A stretch of 29,116 nucleotides of DNA from Desulfuromonadales bacterium (GTDB lineage: Bacteria > Desulfobacterota > Desulfuromonadia > Desulfuromonadales > SZUA-540). A program made the translations under genes and the position numbers. A model generated the notes under the pieces. That model was not told where the DNA came from, ran no database searches, and saw only the letters and a program-made list of their open reading frames with translations. The stretch is taken from assembly GCA_033549025.1 (NCBI GenBank), contig JAWSUS010000031.1:1-29116 (forward strand). Direction: 5' to 3'. The stretch's first letter is position 1. Every line of letters starts with the position of its first letter. Shown piece by piece: positions 28,701 through 29,116 of the stretch.

Positions 28701-28716
28701 TGGCACGTTATCTGCT
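28701..28716 (+). promoter_or_regulatory. sigma54 promoter of the flp pilin gene
   Basis: TGGCACGTTATCTGCT (TGGCAC-N5-CTGCT). IHF-like TTTCAAGCATTTA at 28682-28694 directly upstream. Confidence 0.7.
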
Positions 28717-28877
28717 CTAGGGTAACGCCAAGGGCCGGGAACATCAAGACCCACGCAATTAATGAACCAAGGACACCGCACTTGCCAATGAAACCCCGAT
28801 TCCCTTGCACCATGCTTTTCATCGGAGATGGGCTCCGAGACCATAGGCAACACCACATCAAAGAAGGAGGGTACATC

Positions 28878-29099
28878 ATGCGGGAACTCGTGAAGAATTT
28901 CTGGAAAGATGAAGAAGGCGCCACGGCTGTTGAGTATGGCGTGCTGGTCGCGTTGATTATCGCGGTAGCTATTGCTGCTGTAGTTATTTTAGGCGGCAAA
29001 GTTAATAATGCATTTACTGGAGTAAATGATGCCATGACGGTGAGGTCGGTCCGCAATAGTGGACACCATGTTATGGTCAGGCAGCCCCTTGCCGCCTGA
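28878..29099 (+). CDS. flp: Flp/Fap type IVb pilin; 3' end apparently replaced by IS sequence
   Basis: AAGGAGG SD; prepilin motif FWKDEEG|ATAVEYG, hydrophobic helix and GGKV..AF..V. The last 19 residues are read from the IS end. Confidence 0.9.
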   Translation: MRELVKNFWKDEEGATAVEYGVLVALIIAVAIAAVVILGGKVNNAFTGVNDAMTVRSVRNSGHHVMVRQPLAA

Positions 29100-29116
29100 T
29101 GAATTTCTTCCAGTAT
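29041..29116 (-). mobile_element. right end of an IS3-family (IS600-like) insertion sequence, continuing beyond the window
   Basis: Begins TGAGGTCGGTCCGCAATAGTGGACACC, a 5'-TG terminus resembling the IS600 repeat as I recall it (TGAGGTGTACTGGCAATAGCGGACAC). A minus-strand frame ends YWKKFIRRQGAA* at 29077, like an OrfB C-terminus. Confidence 0.72.

Noticed and set aside
28782..28877. 32-aa N-terminal extension of the Flp ORF
   Set aside because: The ATG at 28878 has an AAGGAGG SD and gives a typical 14-aa prepilin leader.
28720..28877. GEMM-I (c-di-GMP / cGAMP) riboswitch before flp
   Set aside because: The GGCAAAC...GAAA...GACGCAAAGC-type core is not visible by eye. An Infernal search would be decisive.
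28565..29056. 163-aa minus-strand ORF over the flp region
   Set aside because: It is antisense to the pilin, runs through its promoter, and has no motifs.

Overview
This window is GC-rich core chromosome of a deltaproteobacterium, most likely Desulfuromonadales (Desulfuromonas/Geobacter-like), judged from gene content and order. From the left: a four-subunit 2-oxoacid:ferredoxin oxidoreductase (VOR-type) operon and a mutS-amidase-glnD-xerD-apgM run (all minus strand); a divergent hypothetical gene plus a CDF metal exporter; a minus-strand cluster of YfcE phosphoesterase, HIT, LapA, ExbB, ExbD, ROK kinase, PFK and a GAF-domain chemoreceptor; maeB and thrC; glnB-glnA; an exonuclease-DUF2148-Nudix trio; and a Flp (type IVb) pilin gene. 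I found no rRNA, tRNA or CRISPR. The most notable observations are: (1) an IS3/IS600-like end has inserted into the last codons of the flp gene, replacing its stop with a 19-aa IS-derived tail; (2) the flp gene has a full sigma54 layout with two copies of an unrecognised 17-bp palindrome; (3) the hypothetical protein beside mutS looks like a stand-alone tyrosine-recombinase core-binding domain, with a dif-like 11-6-11 sequence in its divergent promoter region; (4) the GAF chemoreceptor (possible EsnA orthologue) seems co-transcribed with a TonB-less ExbBD motor and two sugar kinases. Three sigma54 promoters are visible (maeB, glnB, flp). All calls are from reading the sequence by eye; no searches were run.
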